From NCBI GenBank assembly GCA_021463145.1, contig JAJTWZ010000003.1, forward strand, positions 35,319-99,318: 64,000 nt of DNA, in the 5' to 3' direction. Shown piece by piece: positions 37,556 through 46,382 of this stretch. Numbering within the stretch: position 1 is the stretch's first letter; every line of letters begins with the position of its first letter. The notes under the pieces are model-generated. The model saw nothing but the letters and a program-made list of their open reading frames with translations, searched no databases and had not been told where the DNA came from. Origin of the DNA: Blastocatellia bacterium. GTDB taxonomy: Bacteria; Acidobacteriota; Blastocatellia; UBA7656; JADIYM01. The translations under genes and the position numbers were made by a program.

Positions 37556-38329
37556 TCAGAGTGTACGCGTCTGACCGCCATCGACATCGACTATCGAGCC
37601 GTTGCAGTAGCCGGCGGCCTCCGAAGCCAGGAATGCAACGACGCGCGCTACCTCATCAGGCTCTCCAAAGCGTGAAACGCGCAGGGCGCCGGCTATTGCC
37701 TCCGCCGCCTTGTGCTCGTCGATGCGGCGCTCGTTCGCCGTGCTCGAGACGCGCGCCTTCAGCCTCTCGGTGGCAATCGAACTCGGATTCACGGCGTTCA
37801 CGCGCACGCCGTCGCGAACGCCGCGATCGGCGAGAGCCTTCGTAAGATTGAGCAAGGCAGCGTTTACGGATCCGCCGATGGTGAAATCGGCACTTCCAGT
37901 TCGGCCACCGATTCCCACAACGTTCACGATCGAACCGCGAGTCGCCATCAGATGTGGCCAGGCGGCACGACTGCAACGTACCGCACCCCTGAATTTCAGC
38001 GAGAACCCCAGATCCCACTCCTCGTCCGTCAGTTCAAGAAAGTCCCCTCGCCTGGTGTCTCCGGCATTGTTTACGAGGATGTCGAGTCGCCCGAAGTGGC
38101 GAATTGCCGATTCAACTGCTCGCTCAGGCTCGCCCGGTTCTCGTAGATCCATCGAAATCCGGAGGTTCGGCGATTGGAGCACCTCGCCAAGCGCCTCGAG
38201 TGCGTCGGCCGATCGCGCAACTAGAACAACCAGTGCGCCTTCGCCGGAAAACGTTTCAACAATCGCACGACCTATTCCGCGACTGGCGCCGGTGACTAAA
38301 GCAACTTTTCCGGAAAGGTGTAGATCCAC
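37556..38329 (-). CDS. SDR-family short-chain dehydrogenase/reductase
   Basis: TGxxxGIG (VALVTGASRGIGRAI), NNAG and catalytic S…Y..K-like motifs. 257 aa. Confidence 0.8.
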   Translation of the reverse strand: MDLHLSGKVALVTGASRGIGRAIVETFSGEGALVVLVARSADALEALGEVLQSPNLRISMDLREPGEPERAVESAIRHFGRLDILVNNAGDTRRGDFLELTDEEWDLGFSLKFRGAVRCSRAAWPHLMATRGSIVNVVGIGGRTGSADFTIGGSVNAALLNLTKALADRGVRDGVRVNAVNPSSIATERLKARVSSTANERRIDEHKAAEAIAGALRVSRFGEPDEVARVVAFLASEAAGYCNGSIVDVDGGQTRTL

Positions 38330-38491
38330 GGGTCCGCCAACAGGGCCGACTCCGGTGGGCTTTGTCGGCGCGCCGACACCTCGAAGAGGAGTCGTGGAAA
38401 ATCGCAGGAGTAGGGAAGAACGGGGGGCCGCCTGGGCACCGGATTGGAAGGAGGCCGTCGGAAACGGCCCCCTTCGTCGACAAACTCCGGA

Positions 38492-38941
38492 CTAGAACGG
38501 AATGTCGTCGTCGCCGATCGTGTCATTCGCGGGCGGAGGGTTCTCACGCGAAGGCGCTTGCGATGCGCCCCGATTTCCACCAGATGCGCCTGCGGCCATC
38601 TCGTCACCGCGCGATCCGATGAACTGCATGTCGGTGCCGTTGACTTCGAGGCTCGTACGCTTGTTGCCTTCTCGGTCCGTGTATTCACGTTGGCTCAGCC
38701 GGCCTTCGATGTAGACCTGACGACCCTTCGTCAGGTATTGGTTCGCAAGCTCTGCCTGCTTACCCCAGAGCGAAACGCGAAACCAGGTAGTGATCTCGTC
38801 AGTGTCTCCACCGTCGCGGCGTCCTTTGCGTTCCGACGTAGCTATCGAGAAATCGCAAACAGCCGTCCCTGACGGGGTGTAACGCAATTCGGGATCGCGC
38901 CCGAGATGACCGACGATCGTGATCTTGTTGAATGAAGCCAT
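38492..38941 (-). CDS. ssb: single-stranded DNA-binding protein
   Basis: OB fold (NKITIVGHLGRDPELRYTPSGTAV…) and an acidic C-terminal tail ending in DDDIPF. Confidence 0.9.
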   Translation of the reverse strand: MASFNKITIVGHLGRDPELRYTPSGTAVCDFSIATSERKGRRDGGDTDEITTWFRVSLWGKQAELANQYLTKGRQVYIEGRLSQREYTDREGNKRTSLEVNGTDMQFIGSRGDEMAAGASGGNRGASQAPSRENPPPANDTIGDDDIPF

Positions 38942-39046
38942 ATCTTCCTCCGCTGCTATCGTGGCGCCTCTCGGCCGTCAATCTAACAGAGCCTCGCACG
39001 GCCTGTCCAACGCGCGCCTGTGTTAGACTGCGCGCTCCATGCCCGT

Positions 39047-40750
39047 ATGCTCAAACTGATTCGGATCAGGAACTTCGCTGTCGTGACCGAAGCTTCGATC
39101 GAGCTCGGTCCGGGGCTGAATCTGCTTACCGGCGAGACCGGGTCGGGCAAGTCGATCTTCGTCGACGCGCTATCGTTGCTGCTCGGGGCGCGGGCCTCCG
39201 CGGATGTGATCCGATCTGGTGCCGATGTGGCTACCGTACAGGGAATTTTCGATGTCGAAGGCAACGCCGCGGCGCTGGAGTTGCTCGTGTCCGCAGGGAT
39301 CGAGACTCCCGACGGGGAACTGATCCTGCGACGCGAGATCAACGACAAGGGAAGAAGCCGCGCCTTTGCAAACGACATCGTCGTGACGACTACGCTGCTT
39401 CGCGAGCTTCGGCCGAGCCTCGTCGATATTCACGGGCAAGGGGATCAGCAATCACTTCTCGATCCGTCATCTCACATAGAACTCCTTGACGAGTTTGCGG
39501 AACTCTCCGACGTTCGCTCGGACGTCGAAGCCGCCTACCGAAAGTGGAATCAGGCGCGCCTAGAGCGAGACGAACTGGCGCGGTCAGCTTCCGGCCGATT
39601 GCAGCGCGCCGACGTTCTCGAGTTCCAGATCTCGGAGATCGAGCGCGCGGCGCTCCGGACCGGCGAGGATGAGGAACTCGAGCGCGAGAAGCAGATTCTG
39701 GTGAATGCCGAACGCATCACCGAGGCCGCGTCGGAGGCCTACGACGGACTCTTCGACGCCGAAGGCTCGGTGCTGGAGCTTCTCTCGCAAGTGGATCGCC
39801 GGCTGGATAGTCTCTGCCGCTACGACGACCGGGTGCTGCCGCACCTCGAACAGCTTCGAAATGCGAAGTATACGCTCGACGACCTCGCGCACTACTTGAG
39901 GGATTATTTGCAGGCGATCGATTTCTCGGCGGATCGGCTGCGGGTGGTCGACGAGCGTCTCGCCGAGATCGACCGGCTCCGGCGCAAGTATGGCGGCACC
40001 GTCGCCGCTGTGATGGCGAAGCTCGAGGATTTCGAGAACGAGCGTCGCCAGATTGATGACTCGACTGCGCGGGCCGAGGCAAATGCGCAAGTAATTGCCG
40101 ATAGTTGTGCTGCGTTTCTTAAGGCGGCCCGGCAGCTTTCCGGGCTGCGGATCAAGGCCGCCGATCGCCTCTCGAGGGCGGTTCTCGGGGAACTCTCCGA
40201 ACTGGCTATGGAGGATTCCAGGTTTGAGGTCGCCATCGCGACGGCCGGCGAGGTCGAGGAAGACGGGTTCAGGTCGAGCGGAATCGACCGGGTCGAGTTC
40301 CTTGTCGCGACGAATCCCGGGGACGAACCGCGAGCGCTCGCGCGCATCGCCTCCGGTGGTGAGACCTCCAGGCTGATGCTTTCGCTGAAGACCGTTTCCG
40401 CGCCGCCGGAGATTCCTCGGACACTCGTTTTCGACGAGATCGACGTCGGCATCGGCGGGCGTGTCGCCGAGGCGATAGGAGTTCGTCTGGCTCGATTGAG
40501 CCGCGTCAACCAGGTGCTCTGCGTGACGCATCAGGCTCAGATCGCGAGGTTCGCCGATGTCCACGTCCGGGCGCGAAAGGACACGATGGATGATCGAGCG
40601 GTAACGGTGATCGAGCGACTCGATGTCAGGGGCCAGGTAGAAGAACTCGCGCGAATGATCGGCGGGACGGTCGAGACGGCGCGGCGCCACGCTAAGGAAC
40701 TGTTGAAGGCGCGCGAACTCCCGGATCCCACATTGAACAATCGGAAGTGA
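39047..40750 (+). CDS. recN: DNA repair protein RecN
   Basis: SMC-like protein with a Walker A (LTGETGSGKS), long coiled coils and C-terminal signature/Walker B motifs. The ORF is open from 39020. Confidence 0.9.
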   Translation: MLKLIRIRNFAVVTEASIELGPGLNLLTGETGSGKSIFVDALSLLLGARASADVIRSGADVATVQGIFDVEGNAAALELLVSAGIETPDGELILRREINDKGRSRAFANDIVVTTTLLRELRPSLVDIHGQGDQQSLLDPSSHIELLDEFAELSDVRSDVEAAYRKWNQARLERDELARSASGRLQRADVLEFQISEIERAALRTGEDEELEREKQILVNAERITEAASEAYDGLFDAEGSVLELLSQVDRRLDSLCRYDDRVLPHLEQLRNAKYTLDDLAHYLRDYLQAIDFSADRLRVVDERLAEIDRLRRKYGGTVAAVMAKLEDFENERRQIDDSTARAEANAQVIADSCAAFLKAARQLSGLRIKAADRLSRAVLGELSELAMEDSRFEVAIATAGEVEEDGFRSSGIDRVEFLVATNPGDEPRALARIASGGETSRLMLSLKTVSAPPEIPRTLVFDEIDVGIGGRVAEAIGVRLARLSRVNQVLCVTHQAQIARFADVHVRARKDTMDDRAVTVIERLDVRGQVEELARMIGGTVETARRHAKELLKARELPDPTLNNRK

Positions 40751-40979
40751 GGGAGAAAAATCGAGCCGCGACCGCTCCCGCCCCCGATCGTGGATTCGGG
40801 GTTCTCGCTTTTGAAAAGGGATAATGCGTCGCTGTGGATGTTCCACGAATGAGGATCGTGACAACGGTGCTGCGGCCGGCAGGCGCGGCGCCGGCCAGAT
40901 GTTCAGGCCGATGCTACGGATACGCGGCCGCCGTGCTCCATCAGCCTGAAATCGATTGGCTTCAAAGGCTTAGTTCCAA

Positions 40980-40995
40980 TGTCGGCGCGCCGACA
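40980..40995. repeat. 16-bp perfect palindrome TGTCGGCGCGCCGACA, intergenic copy (recN-miaB spacer)
   Basis: Read directly. Flank caaTGTCGGCGCGCCGACAcgcccggtgg. Confidence 0.95.
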
Positions 40996-41136
40996 CGCCC
41001 GGTGGTGCTCGCGTTGCTGGCGCCTTTGCGCGCATCGTGGTAGACTGCGGCGCGTTTCCGGGCGACCACCACTGATTGTGACGGTGCCACGTGGAACATA
41101 CACTATCTCGTAGGTAGCTCCCGTTCGATCACGATC

Positions 41137-42612
41137 GTGCCCGTTCTCAAGCTTCCCGTCCTTGCGGGGCCATCGAGCTCCGATTCGGTCGCATTCGACG
41201 ATGCGCCCGTCGCCCGGATTTCGCGCGAATCGTGCGATCCGCGATCCAAGAGGCGAGTCTTCATCGAGACGCACGGCTGTCAGATGAACGTTCACGATTC
41301 CGAGAAAGCGTTGTCGCTTCTTGGACCGCTTGGATATTCGGAGACGGATGATCCGGCGCGAGCGGATCTGATTCTGCTTAATACTTGCAGTGTTCGCGAG
41401 AAGGCGGCCGAGAAGGTTTTCCACCGTGTCCGCGCGCTGACAGGGCAAGCCGGAGGCCGTGATCAGGTCGTGGGGGTGCTGGGCTGCGTTGCACAGTCCG
41501 AAGCGGAGCAGATTTTCGAGCGCGCTCCGGGCGTTCGCCTCGTTATCGGCCCGCAGGCAATTGACGGAATCGGAGAACTGCTCGGACAACTGGATCGTGG
41601 TTTCGAGCGCGCGCTCGATCTCAGGCAGGACAACCGCCCCGATTTCATCGACGTCGACGCCAGCGCCCGCAGGAAGGGCAGCGTCGCATTCGTCACTATC
41701 ATCGAGGGCTGCAACAAGAACTGCTCTTACTGCATCGTGCCTTTCACCCGCGGGCGCGAGCGTAGTCGTTCGATGGATTCTGTCGTAGACGAGGTTCGAG
41801 CATTAGGCGAATCGGGCTACAAGGAGATTCATCTCCTTGGTCAGAATGTAAACTCCTACGCGGCGTGGGTAGAAAGGCGCTCGGGGCGTAAGTTTGAGGA
41901 GAACGCCTTCCCGGAACTCTTAAGTCGAGTTGCGCGCGAGTCGGGGGTCAAGCGGATCAAGTACACCACTTCACACCCGCGCGACTTCTCGGAAGAGATC
42001 GTCAGGGTGATGGACGATAACCAGGAACTCTGTGACTGGATCCACCTGCCGGTTCAGTCCGGGTCGAATCGTACGTTGAAGCGAATGTACCGTGGATACA
42101 CCAGGGAGCGATACCTTGGACTGGTCGACTCGATCCGGAAGGCCGGGCGCGACTACACGCTCACGTCAGACATCATCGTTGGGTTTCCCGGCGAGACCGA
42201 CTATGACTTCGAAGAGACTCTCGATCTCGTTCGAACGGTCGAGTTCGACTCCCTTTACACTTTCAATTATTCGCCACGTCCCCATACACCAGCTGCCGAC
42301 TGGGGTGACGACGTCTTGCCCGAAGTTAAACGGGAACGATTCGACAGGCTTCTCGCATTGCAGTCGGAGATTCAGAATGCTCGCGCCCGAAGGACTTTAG
42401 GGTCGATTCATGAGGTCCTGGTCGATGGGAAATCGGCTCGTAACGAAAGCGACCTGACAGGGCATTCGACCTCTAACGCCGTTGTGAATTTCCCTGCGGT
42501 TCCTGGAATCGGTCCCGGAGACGTTGTTCCCGTCCAGATTACTGAAATTAAGGCGCATAGTCTGTTTGGAAAGCTCGCGCAAAACACGAACTTAGACGCC
42601 TTATCTGATTGA
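41137..42612 (+). CDS. miaB: tRNA-2-methylthio-N6-dimethylallyladenosine synthase (radical-SAM methylthiotransferase)
   Basis: UPF0004 domain (RVFIETHGCQMN), a radical-SAM CxxxCxxC (CNKNCSYC) and a TRAM domain. GTG start with a ~45-aa N-terminal extension. Confidence 0.85.
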   Translation: MPVLKLPVLAGPSSSDSVAFDDAPVARISRESCDPRSKRRVFIETHGCQMNVHDSEKALSLLGPLGYSETDDPARADLILLNTCSVREKAAEKVFHRVRALTGQAGGRDQVVGVLGCVAQSEAEQIFERAPGVRLVIGPQAIDGIGELLGQLDRGFERALDLRQDNRPDFIDVDASARRKGSVAFVTIIEGCNKNCSYCIVPFTRGRERSRSMDSVVDEVRALGESGYKEIHLLGQNVNSYAAWVERRSGRKFEENAFPELLSRVARESGVKRIKYTTSHPRDFSEEIVRVMDDNQELCDWIHLPVQSGSNRTLKRMYRGYTRERYLGLVDSIRKAGRDYTLTSDIIVGFPGETDYDFEETLDLVRTVEFDSLYTFNYSPRPHTPAADWGDDVLPEVKRERFDRLLALQSEIQNARARRTLGSIHEVLVDGKSARNESDLTGHSTSNAVVNFPAVPGIGPGDVVPVQITEIKAHSLFGKLAQNTNLDALSD

Positions 42613-42629
42613 CGAAGAAGGAGTTGGTA

Positions 42630-43184
42630 ATGGTCGAAGTGGAGATGAAGATCCGAGGTCTGATGATGGATCCGACGGCGAACACTCCCATTGTTATCCT
42701 CAAGGACGTCATCAGCGACCGCATGCTCCCGATCTGGGTCGGTCCGTACGAAGCTAACGCGATCGCGCTCGAGATCGAAAAGAGCGCTCCCCAGAGACCA
42801 ATGACGCACGACCTTCTGCGGAACCTGATCTCGCAGGTGGGCGCCAGGGTGGACCGAATAGTCGTGACCGACCTGATTGAAAACACGTTCTTCGCGGTGA
42901 TCGAGATGACGGTGGACGGAAAGCGGATGATGCTGGATTCGAGGCCTTCTGATGCCATAGCGCTGGCGTTACGAGTCGACTGTCCGATATTCGTCAACGA
43001 GGACGTCATCAACTCGTCACGGAACACTATTGCGGCTGCTGGAGTCGGCGACGAGGACGACCTCGACGCAGACCTCGACGACGATGACGACGTCGACGAC
43101 GATCCGTTCGGGGACGATGACGACGACGAACCGGATTGGCCGGACGACTTCGATGACGACGTTAGCAGCGATTACAAGATGTGA
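42630..43184 (+). CDS. bifunctional-nuclease (BFN/DUF151) domain protein with poly-acidic C-terminal tail
   Basis: AAGGAG RBS lies 7 nt before the ATG at 42630. BFN-like core. The tail is Asp/Glu-rich (DEDDLDADLDDDDDVDDDPFGDDDDDEPDW…). Confidence 0.65.
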   Translation: MVEVEMKIRGLMMDPTANTPIVILKDVISDRMLPIWVGPYEANAIALEIEKSAPQRPMTHDLLRNLISQVGARVDRIVVTDLIENTFFAVIEMTVDGKRMMLDSRPSDAIALALRVDCPIFVNEDVINSSRNTIAAAGVGDEDDLDADLDDDDDVDDDPFGDDDDDEPDWPDDFDDDVSSDYKM

Positions 43185-43202
43185 GGAGGAGGTTCGACTT
43201 CC

Positions 43203-43964
43203 GTGACGCCAGTAATTGCCGTAGCAAATCAGAAGGGCGGTGTCGGCAAGACCACCACGGCGATCAACGTCGCCGCGGGGCTCTCGCTCCTCGGAAAGCG
43301 CGTCCTGCTCGTCGACCTCGATCCACAGGCCAATTCGTCGATATCGTTCATCGACGCGAGTTCGATTGGACTGTCGATCTACGACTTGCTGACGGATTCC
43401 TCGATCACCGTGAGCGAGTGCACGCTGGCTACATCGGTAGATGGGCTCTTCGTGCTTCCGTCGCGGATCTCGCTCGCCAAAGTCGAAGCCAAGCTGATCG
43501 GGGAATTCGACGCGCCATTTCGGCTGAAGGACCGGATCGATCCCGTGCGGCACAACTACGACTTCGTTATCGTCGACACGCCGCCGACACTCGGGTTGAT
43601 AACCGTCAATGCCCTTGTGGCGTCGTCTCACCTCATAATTCCGATCCAGTCCAGTTATTTTGCACTCGAAGGCACTGAAGACCTGCTTGAAACTGTCGAA
43701 AAGGTCAAGCAGCGCCCAAACCCTAATCTGCAGGTGCTTGGCGTTGTCATCACGCTTCACGACAAGCGAACAACACTTGCCCGTGACATCTACAGGCAGA
43801 TCTGCGGCGTTTTCGGCGACAAGGTATTCGATACGGTCATTTCGAAATCGGTACGGCTCGAAGAGAGTCCAGCCTACAAGGAACCCATCTTCACCTTTGC
43901 GCCAACTTCGACTGGCGCCAACGAGTACGCCAAGCTCTGCCAGGAGGTAATTGCACGTGTCTAA
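43203..43964 (+). CDS. parA: chromosome partitioning ATPase ParA/Soj
   Basis: Deviant Walker A (KGGVGKTTT). GGAGGAGG RBS. GTG start. Confidence 0.9.
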   Translation: MTPVIAVANQKGGVGKTTTAINVAAGLSLLGKRVLLVDLDPQANSSISFIDASSIGLSIYDLLTDSSITVSECTLATSVDGLFVLPSRISLAKVEAKLIGEFDAPFRLKDRIDPVRHNYDFVIVDTPPTLGLITVNALVASSHLIIPIQSSYFALEGTEDLLETVEKVKQRPNPNLQVLGVVITLHDKRTTLARDIYRQICGVFGDKVFDTVISKSVRLEESPAYKEPIFTFAPTSTGANEYAKLCQEVIARV

Positions 43965-44802
43965 GCGAGGTCTTCCGACGGATTTCAAGCTCCGCCACGA
44001 CCAGCATTATGTCGAGCAACTCGCAACGCGCTCGGTCGGCGCTCCTATCGGTCGTCTGGTGCCGATAGACAGGCTGGAGCCCAACCCGGGTCAGCCGCGC
44101 GTCGAGATTGGCGACCTCACGGAGCTCATCGCTTCGATCAAGTCAGTTGGCGTTCTCGAGCCTTTGCTCGTGCGGCCGGCCGAGATCGGCGGACGGTTCA
44201 TGATCATATCCGGGGAACGTCGCTACAGAGCGAGTCTCGCAGCGGGTCTGCAGGAACTTCCCTGCATCGAGATGCACGTCGACGACCGTACTGTCGCTGA
44301 GATTGCCCTGATCGAGAACCTGCAGCGCAAGGACTTGACACCTTTCGAGGAGTCCGAGGGACTCGAGGCACTGGCCACTCGATACGGCTACACGCACGAG
44401 ATGATCGCTCAGCGAATCGGCAAGTCGAGGTCGACTATCACGGAAGCTCTTTCGATCGCCACGCTGCCTGCGGACGTCAAGGACATGTGTCGGCGCGCCG
44501 ACATCTCCTCGAAGTCGCTTCTCCTCCAGGTCGTTCGATTGAAGGATCACGATCAGCAAGTTGCGTTCGTGGAGCGAATCCGAAAACAGGGAATGACGCG
44601 AGACGAAGCCCGCGCCGCCCGAAAGCCGGAGGCCTCGTCGCGGCCTCGACCTTATGAGTTCCGTTATCAGCCGACTTCCAGGGAGTTCTCGATTCAGTTG
44701 CGCTTCAGGCGCGCGGAAGTTTCCGACGGCGAACTGGCAGATGCACTTCGCTCGGCACTCCGAGAGGTCGAAGAGCGGTTGAACGGGAATGTGAAGGGCT
44801 AA
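43951..44802 (+). CDS. parB: chromosome partitioning protein ParB/Spo0J
   Basis: ParB N-terminal GERRYRA box and an HTH ([25 protein letters not shown]). Overlaps parA by 14 nt. Contains one copy of the 16-bp palindrome at 44488-44503. Confidence 0.9.
   Translation: MHVSKRGLPTDFKLRHDQHYVEQLATRSVGAPIGRLVPIDRLEPNPGQPRVEIGDLTELIASIKSVGVLEPLLVRPAEIGGRFMIISGERRYRASLAAGLQELPCIEMHVDDRTVAEIALIENLQRKDLTPFEESEGLEALATRYGYTHEMIAQRIGKSRSTITEALSIATLPADVKDMCRRADISSKSLLLQVVRLKDHDQQVAFVERIRKQGMTRDEARAARKPEASSRPRPYEFRYQPTSREFSIQLRFRRAEVSDGELADALRSALREVEERLNGNVKG
44488..44503. repeat. 16-bp perfect palindrome TGTCGGCGCGCCGACA inside parB
   Basis: Read directly. Frame TGT CGG CGC GCC GAC (CRRAD). Confidence 0.95.
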
Positions 44803-44987
44803 TGCGGGTTTAGTGAAAGCCAAACAGGGCATATACTGTCGATTGCCTCGAAGCGGCCTTCACTGGACAGGCATAAGACGCTGATTAATATGATGATTTT
44901 CGCGCTGGTTCGGTAGGGAACCGATCGGAAAGTGCTGAAATTCTATCCGCGGCCAACTCTGTCTGGCATCGCAAACTCCCACGAACG

Positions 44988-46196
44988 ATGAAATTCCACC
45001 TGACACTGCGCCTGACCGAAATAGGGGCGAGGCTTCCGGGGCCTGGTCCCCGGAGAACCGGCACATTGTCTGCCGCGATCCTCCTCGTTGTGATCTCATT
45101 GGGTTGTACAGGTGCGTTGCCAATGGTGAGCGCCAAGGGTGCGGAGCAGAAGTCGAAGGGAAAGAAGGCCGATCCCGGCAATCAGAAGAAGCGTGGTCCG
45201 AAGCCGCCAGCGGCAAAGAGTTCGCCGGTCACCGGGCGTTCCTACGACGACATCATGGCCGAGAGCGGACCGATTCGCCGGCGCGCCTGGACTCCAAGGC
45301 CGGTCGTCGCCATTCTGGGCGACCGTCTGGTTGCGATCGTGGGGGGGCGCGCTCACTCGAGCGTGGATGGTGGCCACAACTGGAAGGCAGGCGGACTTGT
45401 CGGGGCGGCTGGCGACGAAGCCGTTGCCGCCGGAAGTTGCGACGGAGTTGTCTGGACTTCAGTCCTCCGGTCTGGATTGGTAGTTGAGTCGCGCGACGAC
45501 GGTATGACCTGGGCCAAGCGTGCGGAACTCGGGCCAATGTCTGAAATCCCCGGACCGCTCGCCGTCGAGGCAGCTGGAGTGGGACCGGCGGGAGCGTGGG
45601 CTATCGTACGGGGCTACAGTGAGCCGTTGCCGTCTTCGGCTCTTCTGGTTTGCGACGAAGGAGGCTGGCGACTCGGAACTGCGATCCCGGGAGCGGCGGT
45701 TGCCGCTTGGCGATCGGATCGGCATTTTGCGGCTATAGTGGGGTCAACAGTGATTCTGGGCGGGGCGAATGGCGAAGACCAGACGCGCGGCGCAACGCTT
45801 TCGGGAGCAAGTCTCAACGACATTGCCTTCGTCAACCCTTCGACTGCGTGGATCGCGGCGGATGGCGGCCTTGTAATCGAGTCCAACGATGGGGGGAGGA
45901 CCTGGCTCCCGCGTCCAGTGCTTGCCGGGCAGGACCTCGACGCCATTGGGTCCGTCGACGGCCGGGTGAACTGGGTCCTCGGCCGAACCGGCGGACGCGG
46001 CAACCTCGCCGTCAACCGCGCTGGCCGCCCGGAGTGGAAAGTCTCGCTTCAGGCGGTCGCGCCGTTATCCAGACCCATTCATAGCGGCGGCGCGGGCTTC
46101 GTGGTGCTCGACGGAGGCGGTGCTGTCTGGACTGCACGTGATCTGGGTGGCCCCTGGACTCGACGGGGCGGACTTCCAGCGACTCTGCGATCTTGA
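44988..46196 (+). CDS. membrane-anchored BNR/Ycf48-like repeat protein
   Basis: Signal anchor, then repeated S.D.G.TW (BNR/Asp-box) motifs (SVDGGHNWK, SRDDGMTWA, SNDGGRTWL). Confidence 0.55.
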   Translation: MKFHLTLRLTEIGARLPGPGPRRTGTLSAAILLVVISLGCTGALPMVSAKGAEQKSKGKKADPGNQKKRGPKPPAAKSSPVTGRSYDDIMAESGPIRRRAWTPRPVVAILGDRLVAIVGGRAHSSVDGGHNWKAGGLVGAAGDEAVAAGSCDGVVWTSVLRSGLVVESRDDGMTWAKRAELGPMSEIPGPLAVEAAGVGPAGAWAIVRGYSEPLPSSALLVCDEGGWRLGTAIPGAAVAAWRSDRHFAAIVGSTVILGGANGEDQTRGATLSGASLNDIAFVNPSTAWIAADGGLVIESNDGGRTWLPRPVLAGQDLDAIGSVDGRVNWVLGRTGGRGNLAVNRAGRPEWKVSLQAVAPLSRPIHSGGAGFVVLDGGGAVWTARDLGGPWTRRGGLPATLRS

Positions 46197-46382
46197 AGGC
46201 TGGCGGTCAGCTCAGAACCTGATTTCAAAAGCGACCGTGCCGCAGACAAGCGAACGGAAGGTTTTCGCGGTCTGCTCCTGAAAGGCGATTCGACCTGCCT
46301 TGGCTATCCGGGGAGAATCAAGCGACTACTTGAATTCGACTGGTACAATTCGGACTGTCTTTCGACAGGGGATGCGAAACAA

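Noticed and set aside
39584-40864. 426-aa minus-strand ORF and 40903..41589 228-aa minus-strand ORF
   Set aside because: They are antisense to recN and miaB respectively, with no protein-like features.
41083-41098. Canonical parS (TGTTTCACGTGAAACA)
   Set aside because: Only a 12/16 match is present, and no exact or near-exact canonical parS exists in the window. It is reported only as part of the spacer finding.
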